The translations under genes were made by a program, and so were the position numbers. A DNA stretch of 64,000 nt, taken from positions 1,394-65,393 of the forward strand of contig JAGLYZ010000003.1 of assembly GCA_023131895.1 (NCBI GenBank), written 5' to 3'. This document shows, piece by piece, positions 1 through 9,021 of the stretch; position 1 is the first letter of the stretch; the number at the start of each line of letters is the position of its first letter. The DNA is from Candidatus Parcubacteria bacterium (GTDB lineage: Bacteria; Patescibacteriota; Minisyncoccia; Minisyncoccales; JAGMDC01). Under the pieces are notes generated by a model. It did not search any database. It saw only the letters and a list, made by a program, of their open reading frames with translations, and was not told the DNA's origin.

Positions 1-1004
1 AGAATTGATTTATAACCAAGATGCATTTTCTGTTTTACTAACTCTAATGTCTTAGCTGCTTCTTTTTCTGTTTTTTTATTTCCAGCATTTAAGACATCTT
101 TAATAATGCCTTTTTGCTTGTTATAATAATTTCTCTTTTTTCGAATCGGCTCTAAAAATTCATTTATTGCCTTGGCGATTCTTTTTTTACAAGCAACGCA
201 GCCGATCTCCCCTTTCTTGCATTGTTCTCTAATCTCATCTATATCTTTATTAGCAAATGCTTTGTAATATTGGAATATATTACAAACTTCTGGATGGCCT
301 TTATCAAAAGAATGTATTCTTTTAGGATCAGTAATGGCTCTGTTAATTTTCTCCTCTACTGCTTTTTGAGAATCAGAAAGATTAATGGCATTGTTAAAAC
401 TTTTTGACATTTTTCTGCCGTCAAGACCTGGAAGACGCGCTACTTCGCTTGTCAACGCTTCTGGTATAGGAAAAACTCTGCCGAACAAGCGATTAAAATC
501 CCTGGCTATTTCTCTTGTCTGTTCAATATGGGAAAGCTGATCTTCTCCTACTGGCACCAAATCTGCCCTGACGCAAAGAATATCAGCTGCTTGAGCAATC
601 GGCCAGCCAATAAACCCATAGCTTGCCTTTGAAATGCCTCTGGTTTTTATTTCTTCTTTTATGGTCGGGTTTCTTTTTACTCGAGGCAAGCTCACAAACA
701 TTGAGAAAAGAAGCATTAACTCGGCAATCTGAGGAATTTTTGATTCAATAAAAATAAAGCTTTTCTTAGGATCTATTCCCAAAGATAAATAATCAAGAAC
801 AAGCCCATTTATGTTTTTCTCAAGCTCTTTTGTTCTGGATAAATGGTCTGTAAGAAACTCATAATCAGAAATAATAAAAAAGCATTCATATTTGTCCTGA
901 AGCTTTACTCTGTTTTCCAATGAACCTACATAATGTCCGAGATGTAAAGGGCCAGTGGGCCTGTCGCCTGTCAAAATTCTTTTTCTATTTATTGTTTTTG
1001 TCAT
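1..1004 (-). CDS. trpS: tryptophan--tRNA ligase, 3' end runs off the window
   Basis: Manual translation of the minus strand from ATG (1004-1002) gives MTKTINRKRILTGDRPTGPLHLGHYVGSLENRVKLQ... and later ...GRKMSKSFNNAI. Class I HLGH and KMSKS signatures are present. The frame has no stop down to base 1, so it is absent from the ORF track. Confidence 0.85.
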   Translation of the reverse strand, partial: MTKTINRKRILTGDRPTGPLHLGHYVGSLENRVKLQDKYECFFIISDYEFLTDHLSRTKELEKNINGLVLDYLSLGIDPKKSFIFIESKIPQIAELMLLFSMFVSLPRVKRNPTIKEEIKTRGISKASYGFIGWPIAQAADILCVRADLVPVGEDQLSHIEQTREIARDFNRLFGRVFPIPEALTSEVARLPGLDGRKMSKSFNNAINLSDSQKAVEEKINRAITDPKRIHSFDKGHPEVCNIFQYYKAFANKDIDEIREQCKKGEIGCVACKKRIAKAINEFLEPIRKKRNYYNKQKGIIKDVLNAGNKKTEKEAAKTLELVKQKMHLGYKSI

Positions 1005-1006
1005 TT

Positions 1007-2782
1007 TTATTCTTTGATTACGCGCAGAACTTCCTCAATACTGGTAAGCCCTTGCGCCGCCTTGACAAACCCATCCTCAATCATTGTTACCATTCCATCT
1101 CTCTGCGCCTGCTCCTGAATTTGGTCAGAAGTGGCTCCTTTTATAATTAGTTCTTTTATACTTTCAGTTATAGCAAGAACCTCGTAAATGCCAATTCTTC
1201 CTTTATACCCATCCTGACAATCCTTTGATGAAATTGGCTTGTAAAACACAATGTCTTCAATACCCTGATTCTTTTTTGCTATTTTTTCTTTTTCCAAAAT
1301 TTGCTGAATTTTTTCTAAATTGCAATATTTCTCTAGGTTTTTAATTTCTGACGCTTTTAATTTGTATGCCTGTTTATTGGAGCAAAACCGCCTAACTAAT
1401 CTTTGAGCAATAACAACATTTAAAGTAGAAGTAATTAAAAACGGTTCTGCTTTCATATCAATAAGACGGGGGATAGCGCCAGCTGCGTTAGTAGTATGTA
1501 AAGTAGATAATACCAAATGGCCGGTCAAAGCGGCATTAATAGCTAATCCAGCAGTTTCTTTGTCTCTGATCTCACCGACCATAATTATATCCGGGTCCTG
1601 CCGAACTAAAGAACGCAAGCCGTTAGCAAAAGTTAATCCGATTTTCGGCCTTACCTGGGTCTGATTAATTCTGGGAATTTGATATTCAATAGGGTCTTCA
1701 ACAGTAGAAATATTCACCTCTGGCGTGTTTAAAATGTCTAAAACAGCATAAAGGGTGGTGGTTTTTCCAGAACCAGTAGGACCAGTTACTAAAATCATTC
1801 CTACCGGCCTCCTGATATTAAACTGAATATTTTCCAAGGTATTTCCCCTTAAACCTAATGACTCTAAATTGAAGCTTTTTGATCCCTCTGGCAAAAGCCG
1901 CATAACAATCTTTTCTCCGTTAAAAACCGGCAGAATAGAAACCCTGATAGAATACTTATAGTCCTCACTCTCAATTTTAAAACGACCGTCTTGCGGAAGA
2001 CGGTGTTCATCCAACTTCAAATTAGATAAAACTTTAATTCGAGCGACAATTCCAGAAGCGGCCTGCTTAGGAAGAGTCATAGCATCGTGAAGAATACCGT
2101 CAACCCTATAACGGATAATAATTTCTTTTTCTATTGGCTCAATATGAATATCAGAAGCTCTCTGTAAAATAGCATGCTTTAACAGAGTATCTACAATTCT
2201 TATCACAGGCAGCTCCTCTGCCGCTTTTTTAAGGTTCTCTTTCTCTATGCCTATTTCCTTTTCTTTGATTGATTTTATAGCTCCAAGTTTTCCCTTGCCA
2301 GTAATGGTCTTTGCCTGGCCTATTATAATATCGCCAAATTCGGCTCTCAAGGTTTTCTGATACTGCTGCAAAACCTTTTTTATACTATTAGCAGTGGTTA
2401 ATCTTGCTAAAATTTTCAAACCTGCCTTTTTTTTGATAAACTCAATTGTCTGTAAATCCTCTGGATCAAGCATAGCTACCTCAAGATTGTTTTCTTTTTT
2501 TCTAAAAGCGACAATATTATGGGTTCTGGCAATTGGTTCAGGAATAATCTTTAAAACATCTATAGGAATACTCTCTTTTTCTAAATTAACAAAAGGTATC
2601 CCTAAAATATATGCTTGAAGCTTGATTAAATCGTTCTCGCTGATAAATTCTTCAGCAACTAAAATATCACCAATTTCTTGACCTGTCTTCTCAGCTTTTT
2701 TCTTAATTTCTTTAAACTGAGCTTCATTAACAATATTGGCATCGAGAAGAAAAGATTTTAATTGTCTTGCTTCCACTCTCAT
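1007..2782 (-). CDS. pilB: type IV pilus assembly ATPase (PilB/GspE family with N-terminal T2SSE_N-like domain)
   Basis: 591 aa with Walker A GPTGSGKTTT, DPDIIMVGEIRD and LTGHLVLSTLHT boxes. A long N-terminal extension is typical of PilB. Other pilus genes lie in the window. Confidence 0.85.
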   Translation of the reverse strand: MRVEARQLKSFLLDANIVNEAQFKEIKKKAEKTGQEIGDILVAEEFISENDLIKLQAYILGIPFVNLEKESIPIDVLKIIPEPIARTHNIVAFRKKENNLEVAMLDPEDLQTIEFIKKKAGLKILARLTTANSIKKVLQQYQKTLRAEFGDIIIGQAKTITGKGKLGAIKSIKEKEIGIEKENLKKAAEELPVIRIVDTLLKHAILQRASDIHIEPIEKEIIIRYRVDGILHDAMTLPKQAASGIVARIKVLSNLKLDEHRLPQDGRFKIESEDYKYSIRVSILPVFNGEKIVMRLLPEGSKSFNLESLGLRGNTLENIQFNIRRPVGMILVTGPTGSGKTTTLYAVLDILNTPEVNISTVEDPIEYQIPRINQTQVRPKIGLTFANGLRSLVRQDPDIIMVGEIRDKETAGLAINAALTGHLVLSTLHTTNAAGAIPRLIDMKAEPFLITSTLNVVIAQRLVRRFCSNKQAYKLKASEIKNLEKYCNLEKIQQILEKEKIAKKNQGIEDIVFYKPISSKDCQDGYKGRIGIYEVLAITESIKELIIKGATSDQIQEQAQRDGMVTMIEDGFVKAAQGLTSIEEVLRVIKE

Positions 2783-2784
2783 AT

Positions 2785-3153
2785 TTACTCGCTGAGTGCT
2801 TGCTTTACTTTTGTTATTACTTCTTTTAAACTGTAGTTTGCTTTTACTAAATAAGTAGTTGCGCCAAGCTCAATAGCTCTGTCAACATTATCCATTGTTT
2901 CTAAATTTGTTAAAACAATAATAGGAATGTCTTTTATCTCTTCATCTTCTTTAATCGCTTTTAAAACATCAAAACCATTTTGCTTTGGCAAGATAAGGTC
3001 AAGTAAAATTAAATCCGGTTTTTTTAATTTAGCTAATTTGAGGCCAACATCCCCGTCTAAAGCTGAAATTACTTTAAACCCTTCTTCTTCTAAAATTTTT
3101 CCAAAGGTTTTTTGAAGAGCAGCTTCGTCTTCAACAAATAGAACAGTTTTCAT
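2785..3153 (-). CDS. receiver-only (CheY-like) response regulator
   Basis: 122 aa: VLFVEDE...DLILLDLILP...VLTN...K pattern of a REC domain with no output domain. Its stop lies 2 nt from the pilB start. Confidence 0.85.
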   Translation of the reverse strand: MKTVLFVEDEAALQKTFGKILEEEGFKVISALDGDVGLKLAKLKKPDLILLDLILPKQNGFDVLKAIKEDEEIKDIPIIVLTNLETMDNVDRAIELGATTYLVKANYSLKEVITKVKQALSE

Positions 3154-3159
3154 AAAACT

Positions 3160-3247
3160 AAATCATTTTAACATCTTAACATTTTAACATATAAACATTC
3201 TGAATTTGAATTTTGTTAATACGTTAATACGTTAGTATGTTAATATG
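3160..3247. repeat. TAACAT/ATGTTA heptad palindromic element, copy A
   Basis: TCATTTTAACATCTTAACATTTTAACATATAAACAT...GTTAATACGTTAATACGTTAGTATGTTAATATGG. Related copies lie at 10118-10242 and 27290-27348. Confidence 0.7.
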
Positions 3248-3248
3248 G

Positions 3249-4214
3249 TTAGGTTATTGGTATTTTAAACCAAAAAGTTGAACTTTTCCCTTCATAGGAC
3301 TTAAAACCTATTTTACCGCCCATTTTATCTATTACTGATTTAGCAATAAACAAACCTAATCCGCTTCCCTGGGTTTGGTATCTTAAAGCATTGCTTGCCC
3401 TGAAGAATTTCTGAAAAATATATTTTTGGTCTTCTTTAGGGATACCAACACCTTGGTCTTTAACTTCAAAATAAATATTGTTCTGGGATTGCTTTAATTT
3501 TACTTCCACCGTGCCTGCCTTTTTAGTATAACGGACAGCATTATCTATAAAATTCTCTATAGGTAATTTAATCTGGCTAGGATCAATATAAATCATTGGC
3601 AAATTCTTCTGGCAATCAAATTTTACTTTAATATTTGAAGCATCAGCAAGGGCTTTAAATTCGAAAACAAATTTCTTGACTATTTTTTCTAAATCAGTCC
3701 TTTCTTTCTTTTCAGGTATTCCATCCTTTTCCATTCTGGAAACAATTAATAAATCATTTATTAACTCCTCCATTCTAGCACTGTTCTCTTTTAACATTTT
3801 TATAAAATTCAATAAATTTTCCTCTTTAACGTCTTCAATGCCTTCAGATATTATTAGTTCAATTCCCCACTTCAGATTAGTTAAAGGAGCTCTTAACTGA
3901 TGAGATACTATGCTGATAAACTCTGATTTCATACGACTGGCTTCTGCTAATTTTTCTAAACTATGGTTGATCACAAAGGAAATAATAAACAAAACTGTTG
4001 ATAATCCAAGAATAATTAAGGCTACTGTTTCTGGATTATCAAAATAACGAGTACCGATTAAATAAGTGCCAATGGCTGTAATAACAATAATACCACCCAT
4101 TACCACAAAAAGAAATTGTGGACATTCCCAAGTAGCCAAACCATATTTTTTACATTGCTTGAAAATATTTAATTGTTCTGAAATCTTTTTTTGTTTTTTA
4201 TACTCTGATATCAT
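3249..4214 (-). CDS. sensor histidine kinase
   Basis: 321 aa with two N-terminal hydrophobic helices, H-box SHQLRAPL and HATPase_c G-boxes (DQGVGI, GSGLGL). Confidence 0.85.
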   Translation of the reverse strand: MISEYKKQKKISEQLNIFKQCKKYGLATWECPQFLFVVMGGIIVITAIGTYLIGTRYFDNPETVALIILGLSTVLFIISFVINHSLEKLAEASRMKSEFISIVSHQLRAPLTNLKWGIELIISEGIEDVKEENLLNFIKMLKENSARMEELINDLLIVSRMEKDGIPEKKERTDLEKIVKKFVFEFKALADASNIKVKFDCQKNLPMIYIDPSQIKLPIENFIDNAVRYTKKAGTVEVKLKQSQNNIYFEVKDQGVGIPKEDQKYIFQKFFRASNALRYQTQGSGLGLFIAKSVIDKMGGKIGFKSYEGKSSTFWFKIPIT

Positions 4215-4305
4215 ATTATTATATTATATCATAATATTTTATTCTATCATATAGTATATCAAAGAATTGACTAAAAGCCAAAATTTTATTAAAATAAAGC
4301 TATTA

Positions 4306-4376
4306 CGGGGTATAGTGCAATGGCAGCACGAGTCCTTTGGGAGGATTTAATCCCAGTTCGAGTCTGGGTACCCCGA
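4306..4376 (+). tRNA. tRNA-Pro (anticodon TGG)
   Basis: Hand-folded cloverleaf: acceptor CGGGGTA/TACCCCG, anticodon arm AGTCC-TTTGGGA-GGATT, T arm CCCAG-TTCGAGT-CTGGG. CCA is not encoded. Confidence 0.85.
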
Positions 4377-4377
4377 C

Positions 4378-4448
4378 GCGGGTGTAGCTCAATGGCAGAG
4401 CTTCAGATTTCCAATCTGGTGATGAGGGTTCGATCCCCTTCACCCGCT
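4378..4448 (+). tRNA. tRNA-Gly (anticodon TCC)
   Basis: Acceptor GCGGGTG/CACCCGC, anticodon arm TCAGA-TTTCCAA-TCTGG, T loop TTCGATC, discriminator T. It starts 1 nt after tRNA-Pro. Confidence 0.85.
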
Positions 4449-4463
4449 CATAATCTTATATCT

Positions 4464-4492
4464 AAAAAACCGCGCCTATAACGCGGTTTTTT
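4464..4492. terminator. bidirectional rho-independent terminator (tRNA pair / hup)
   Basis: AAAAAACCGCG-CCTATAA-CGCGGTTTTTT, a stem with A and T runs on both sides, between convergent units. Confidence 0.75.
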
Positions 4493-4497
4493 GTTGG

Positions 4498-4770
4498 TTA
4501 TTTTACTGCTTCCTTTAAAATTTTTCCTGGTTTAAATTTAGGAACCTTAGCTGCTGGAATTTTAATCTTTTCTTTAGTTTGTGGATTAATACCCATTCTT
4601 TCCTTTCTCTTATTCACTACAAACTTGCCAAAACCAGTTAAGACAACTTCTCCTCCATTAGAAAGCTGCTTGGTAATTTCTTCCAAAACTACTGTTAAAC
4701 TTTCTTCAGCATCTCTTTTTGAAATGCCTACTTTTTTGCTTATTATTTCTGTTAATTCTTTTTTATCCAT
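4498..4770 (-). CDS. hup: HU/IHF-family DNA-binding protein
   Basis: 90 aa: ...GFGKFVVNKRKERMGINPQTKEKIKIPAAKVPKFKPGK..., the classic HU beta-arm. Confidence 0.9.
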   Translation of the reverse strand: MDKKELTEIISKKVGISKRDAEESLTVVLEEITKQLSNGGEVVLTGFGKFVVNKRKERMGINPQTKEKIKIPAAKVPKFKPGKILKEAVK

Positions 4771-4775
4771 AAATT

Positions 4776-6305
4776 TTATTTCGCGTATTCTATTACTCTT
4801 TTTTCTCTAATTAAAGTTACCTTTATTTCGCCTGGGTATCTCAATTCCTCTTGAATTCTTTTCGCAATCTCCCGCGCCAGTTTATCAGCAGCTAAATCAT
4901 CAACCTCTTCCGGCCTGACAAAAACCCTGATTTCCCTGCCTGCCTGCAATGCCCATGCTTTTTCCACTCCGGAAAAAGCATTAGCAATATCCTCAAGTTC
5001 GCCGAGCCGTTTAAGATAATTCTCAACTGTGTCTTTTCTGGCTCCAGGTCTGGCTCCGGAAATAGCATCAGCTGTCTGGACTAAAACCGCTTCTATACTT
5101 TCTACCGCGTATTCTCCGTGATGGGATTTCATAGCATCAATAACTTCTTTTTCTATGCCAAATTTTTCTAAAATCTTTATGCCTATTTCAGTATGCGAAC
5201 CCTCAACTTTCCAGTCAAGCGCCTTCCCAATATCGTGCAAAAGACCTGCTTCCCGAGCTACTTTGGCATTGGCTCCAATTTCCGATGCTAAGGCGCCTGC
5301 TAAATGAGAAACTTCTATAGAATGAAGCAAAACATTTTGGCCGTAGCTTGTTCTAAAACGGAGCCTGCCTAAAAGCTGAATAATTTTTGGATTTAGGCCA
5401 ACAATGCCTGTTTCATATACTGCCTGTTCGCCTGCTTCTTTTATTTGTAAAACAATTTCTTCTTCTGCCTTAGATACTGCTTCTTCAATTTTCACTGGCT
5501 GAATCCTGCCATCTTGAATCAATCTATCTAAAGCTGTTTTGGCAATCTGCCTGCGGACAGGATCAAATCCTGAAATAACTACTACTCCCGGCGTTTCATC
5601 AACAACTATCTCTACTCCAGTTAAAGATTCTAGAGTTCTAATATTTCTTCCTTCTTTGCCGATAATTCTCCCTTTTATTTCATCATTAGGCAAAGAAACA
5701 TTTGTTGTAGTAATCTCCTGCGCTTGAGAAATAGAGCATTTTTGAATCGCTGAAGCTAAAATTTCTTTTGCTCTCTTTTCAAATTTCTCCATTCCCTCCC
5801 TTTCTAGATTCCTCATTCTTTCCAAAATTTCCAACTCGTTTTCTTTTTCAACCTGTTTTAATAATTCCTTTTCTGCTTCCTTTTGAGATAATTTAGAAAT
5901 TTTCTCCAGTTTTTCCACAATCTCTTTCTTATAATTCTCTAAATTCTCTTTTATTTGCTTCAGTTTTTCTACTTTTAGATGAAATTCCTTTTCCTTATCC
6001 TCGAAATCAGAAATTTTCCTGTCTAAAATATTTTCCCTTCTCAATAAAACCTGCTCTGTTTTTAAAATATTTCTTCTTCTTTGGTCTTCCTCTTTTTTTA
6101 CTGATTCTAATATAGCAGAAGATTTTTCTTTCGCATTAGATGTTAATTCTTCTGCTTCTTTCTTGGCTTGGGCAATCTTTTTTTGGATTTTTTCCTCCAA
6201 GCTGCCAATTTGCTTTTTGGCAATTGACTGGCGCGCATAGTAACCCAAAAACGAACCAACAGCCAAGCAAACTATGCCCACTAAAAGTGAGATTAATAAA
6301 GTCAT
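4776..6305 (-). CDS. rny: ribonuclease Y
   Basis: 509 aa with an N-terminal TM helix, a Lys/Glu-rich coiled coil, a KH motif GKEGRNIR and an HD domain LLHDIGKA. Confidence 0.9.
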   Translation of the reverse strand: MTLLISLLVGIVCLAVGSFLGYYARQSIAKKQIGSLEEKIQKKIAQAKKEAEELTSNAKEKSSAILESVKKEEDQRRRNILKTEQVLLRRENILDRKISDFEDKEKEFHLKVEKLKQIKENLENYKKEIVEKLEKISKLSQKEAEKELLKQVEKENELEILERMRNLEREGMEKFEKRAKEILASAIQKCSISQAQEITTTNVSLPNDEIKGRIIGKEGRNIRTLESLTGVEIVVDETPGVVVISGFDPVRRQIAKTALDRLIQDGRIQPVKIEEAVSKAEEEIVLQIKEAGEQAVYETGIVGLNPKIIQLLGRLRFRTSYGQNVLLHSIEVSHLAGALASEIGANAKVAREAGLLHDIGKALDWKVEGSHTEIGIKILEKFGIEKEVIDAMKSHHGEYAVESIEAVLVQTADAISGARPGARKDTVENYLKRLGELEDIANAFSGVEKAWALQAGREIRVFVRPEEVDDLAADKLAREIAKRIQEELRYPGEIKVTLIREKRVIEYAK

Positions 6306-6392
6306 AATTTAAAATGAGAGATTGGTTATCTAACATAGTAATAAATAAAATGCGATACCAAAAACCATATTATTCTTAATATCTATAAAATC

Positions 6393-6420
6393 ATTATAGC
6401 AAAAACTAATTTTTTGTCAA
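6393..6420 (-). promoter_or_regulatory. sigma70-type promoter upstream of rny
   Basis: The minus strand reads TTGACA-17 nt-TATAAT (TTGACAAAAAATTAGTTTTTGCTATAAT). Confidence 0.6.
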
Positions 6421-6447
6421 AAAAAAAACGAAGGTCGGGCCTTCGTT
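6421..6447 (-). terminator. rho-independent terminator after the 608-aa gene
   Basis: The minus strand reads CGAAGG-CCCGA-CCTTCG followed by a T10 run. Confidence 0.7.
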
Positions 6448-6489
6448 AATTTAGAAATTCAATATCTAAATAAATACTTGCATTGATTT

Positions 6490-8316
6490 TTAATGAGGTG
6501 GAATTTCTTTCCAATCAGGATAAGGAAGTTTTGGTTCAATATCTTTAGAAATAACACAAGGACCAAATCCATCTTTATCAATAATAGAAAGTATTATTTC
6601 ACCAGATGAAAAAAGTTTAACCTTAGGATTTTCAAATGTTTCACTTGTGCCGCCTACAAAGATACCATCACAGTCAGAGATATCCCAAAAAAATGTTCCT
6701 CCTGAGCAGGAAACTTCTTCATTATTTATATCATAGCAAACACTCACATCTAAATCACAAAGCCCTAGTTCCTCAACTGCGCACAATTGAATAGATACAT
6801 CTACTACTGGAGGATCTGGTTCCAAAGTGAAATCAGGCCATGGAGAAGCATGAGCATCAGTAAAGAAAGAAGGACCAGCCTTCCATCCTGAATCAGCTCC
6901 TTTACTATCAAAAACTTTTACCCACCAATAATAAATAGTATTATAGGTAATTTTATCTTCTACAATAGGACTCATAACTATTATTGCTTGACTATTATCA
7001 GAGCCATCAGGATTACTAAGCCCGTCAAAACTTTTATCAACCTCTGGACTTAAATCATTAACATTATTGATATTGTTCACCCGAAAATCAAACCTTGATT
7101 CAGTGTCTCCGTCAGTATCTTTATATGTCCATTTAAAACCAATTAAACCAACGCCTGAACCAATTCCGCAATAGACCTGATATTGAATTGTTTGTGACCC
7201 TAACTCAATATATGGACAATCATTATCACAAGCTCCCCAAACGCAAGAAGAACTGCAGGTTTGTTGACCGCAACCTCCATTACAATCCTTGGTCGCTCCA
7301 GGAGAACAAACGCCTTCGCCAGCGCAGGAACCCCAGATACAATCTACTTGACAGATTTGGCTACCGCAGTCCCCACAACCTTGGTTCGCTCCCGGAGAAC
7401 AAACGCCTTCGCCGGTACAAGAATCCCAAGCGCCCCAAATACCGTTAGCTTGGCAAATTCTATCTTGAGTACCACAATTACCGCAGGATTGAGATTGAGT
7501 AGAACCTGGCGGATGACATTCAACTACTATAAACGATTCCTTAGAAGTTGCTGTATAATTAAAATTATTATCAGTTGCTGTCGCCTGGTATTCAATTAAT
7601 GTTCCTGCTGAATAAGGTCCAATAGTAATGAAATGGGTACCGCCGGTTGGCCATTCATCTACCGGCGAATGGAGCGCGCCATTAACCCAATATTTTATTT
7701 TATGATTTTGAATACCGCAATCATCCCAAGCAGTGGAAGAAAAAGTAATAGTATTAACATCATAGACAGTATTCAATGGACTTCTGGAGAGATTTACACC
7801 ATCAATAATAGCGTCGCAACTAGGCTCGCAGGCGCAATCGCTATCAGCGCAATCTGTTTGTCCGTCGCAATCGTCGTCTATGCTGTTGTGACAGATTTCG
7901 AGGGGGACGCCCACATTGACTGTGTTAGTGGCGCTACCATACCAAGATTCTATCGGAGGATCGTAAGCATCTACTCTTATTTTGGCATCACTCGCCCAAT
8001 CGCAACCTAGGGTGACGGAATAGGAACAGGAGAGAGAATAACCGTCTCCTGAACAGGACATTTTTTGGAAATTCACTTTAGTGGTTCCTGCTGGAGATTC
8101 TATTGTAATGTTAACTTCGTTCGGGTCCGCTGTTCCAAACGCCTGTGTCACTGTTGCCATAATAGTATTGCTTTGATTCTTTGTCATATCACCAGAGGTT
8201 ATTGAAACAACTATGGGAGCCCATGTGGCTAAGGACACATCAGCGCCAATCAAAAACATCCCCAAAAATCCTAAAAGAGTTATTGATAAAATTATTCTGG
8301 TTTTTGTTTTAATCAT
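6490..8316 (-). CDS. secreted cysteine-rich repeat protein (hypothetical)
   Basis: 608 aa with a signal-like N-terminus. It has a DDDCDGQTDCADSDC (MopE-type Cys/Asp) motif and three tandem ~35-aa units C..CG.Q...C...C.WG.C.GEGVCSPGA. Confidence 0.6.
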   Translation of the reverse strand: MIKTKTRIILSITLLGFLGMFLIGADVSLATWAPIVVSITSGDMTKNQSNTIMATVTQAFGTADPNEVNITIESPAGTTKVNFQKMSCSGDGYSLSCSYSVTLGCDWASDAKIRVDAYDPPIESWYGSATNTVNVGVPLEICHNSIDDDCDGQTDCADSDCACEPSCDAIIDGVNLSRSPLNTVYDVNTITFSSTAWDDCGIQNHKIKYWVNGALHSPVDEWPTGGTHFITIGPYSAGTLIEYQATATDNNFNYTATSKESFIVVECHPPGSTQSQSCGNCGTQDRICQANGIWGAWDSCTGEGVCSPGANQGCGDCGSQICQVDCIWGSCAGEGVCSPGATKDCNGGCGQQTCSSSCVWGACDNDCPYIELGSQTIQYQVYCGIGSGVGLIGFKWTYKDTDGDTESRFDFRVNNINNVNDLSPEVDKSFDGLSNPDGSDNSQAIIVMSPIVEDKITYNTIYYWWVKVFDSKGADSGWKAGPSFFTDAHASPWPDFTLEPDPPVVDVSIQLCAVEELGLCDLDVSVCYDINNEEVSCSGGTFFWDISDCDGIFVGGTSETFENPKVKLFSSGEIILSIIDKDGFGPCVISKDIEPKLPYPDWKEIPPH

Positions 8317-8317
8317 A

Positions 8318-8893
8318 TTACTTTTCTCTGATGCTCACCCCGCCTTCGCCGACAGCTATAATCTCAAAAACGTCTTTGAGCGAAGCGCTAAAAACTAAAT
8401 TATAATAATCATCTTTTTTTTCAAAAAGAGGAGTTTGATATCCTTTATCGGTTTTCACTATAAAAGATAAAATTTCACAATCACCTTTGGTAACTACACT
8501 TGTTTTAATTTCTAACTTGCCATTCTCGTATTTTTTCTCCAAGACCTCTGTCCATCCCTTGCATCTCTCCCTTGCTTCTTTTATTTTTTCTTTATCCGGT
8601 TTTGCCTGTTCCTTAACAATTGTTTCGTTCTCTCTGTCTTTAATTAAAATCCCGTATTTATCTCCGCAGTCATAAACACTGCAAGAAAAGAACTCTACTC
8701 CCTCGCAGAGAAAATAATAAGAGCAGTTCTTATCTAAACAGGAATCTGTTAGAAGCTGACAATTTTCAAAAGGAATCGGTTTTTCAACTGGACCAGGAAC
8801 TTGCTGACCAATAAAATAAAAAACTATGAGTAATAAAATTGTAAGAGAGAAGCTAATCCATATTATTAAATTTTTTTTCTTTATTGTTGCCAT
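8318..8893 (-). CDS. membrane-anchored cysteine-rich hypothetical protein
   Basis: 191 aa with an N-terminal TM helix and 8+ Cys. Its stop lies 1 nt before the start of the 608-aa gene (coupled). Confidence 0.55.
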   Translation of the reverse strand: MATIKKKNLIIWISFSLTILLLIVFYFIGQQVPGPVEKPIPFENCQLLTDSCLDKNCSYYFLCEGVEFFSCSVYDCGDKYGILIKDRENETIVKEQAKPDKEKIKEARERCKGWTEVLEKKYENGKLEIKTSVVTKGDCEILSFIVKTDKGYQTPLFEKKDDYYNLVFSASLKDVFEIIAVGEGGVSIREK

Positions 8894-9021
8894 ATTATTA
8901 TTATAAATTATTTTATTATCTTTTTTTATTATATCAAACTATAGAAAATAAAAAAGGTAAACTGTGGATAACTCAAAAACTAAAAATTGGAATTATTATC
9001 TTAATAAGCTATAATAAAATA

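Noticed and set aside
8884-9021. Long N-terminal extensions of pilin ORFs (tracked starts 8884, 10171 and 10736).
   Set aside because: The internal ATGs at 9022, 10243 and 10826 place the Met a few residues before the prepilin or PilX-type motif. The extensions run through promoter or repeat DNA and overlap the previous gene.
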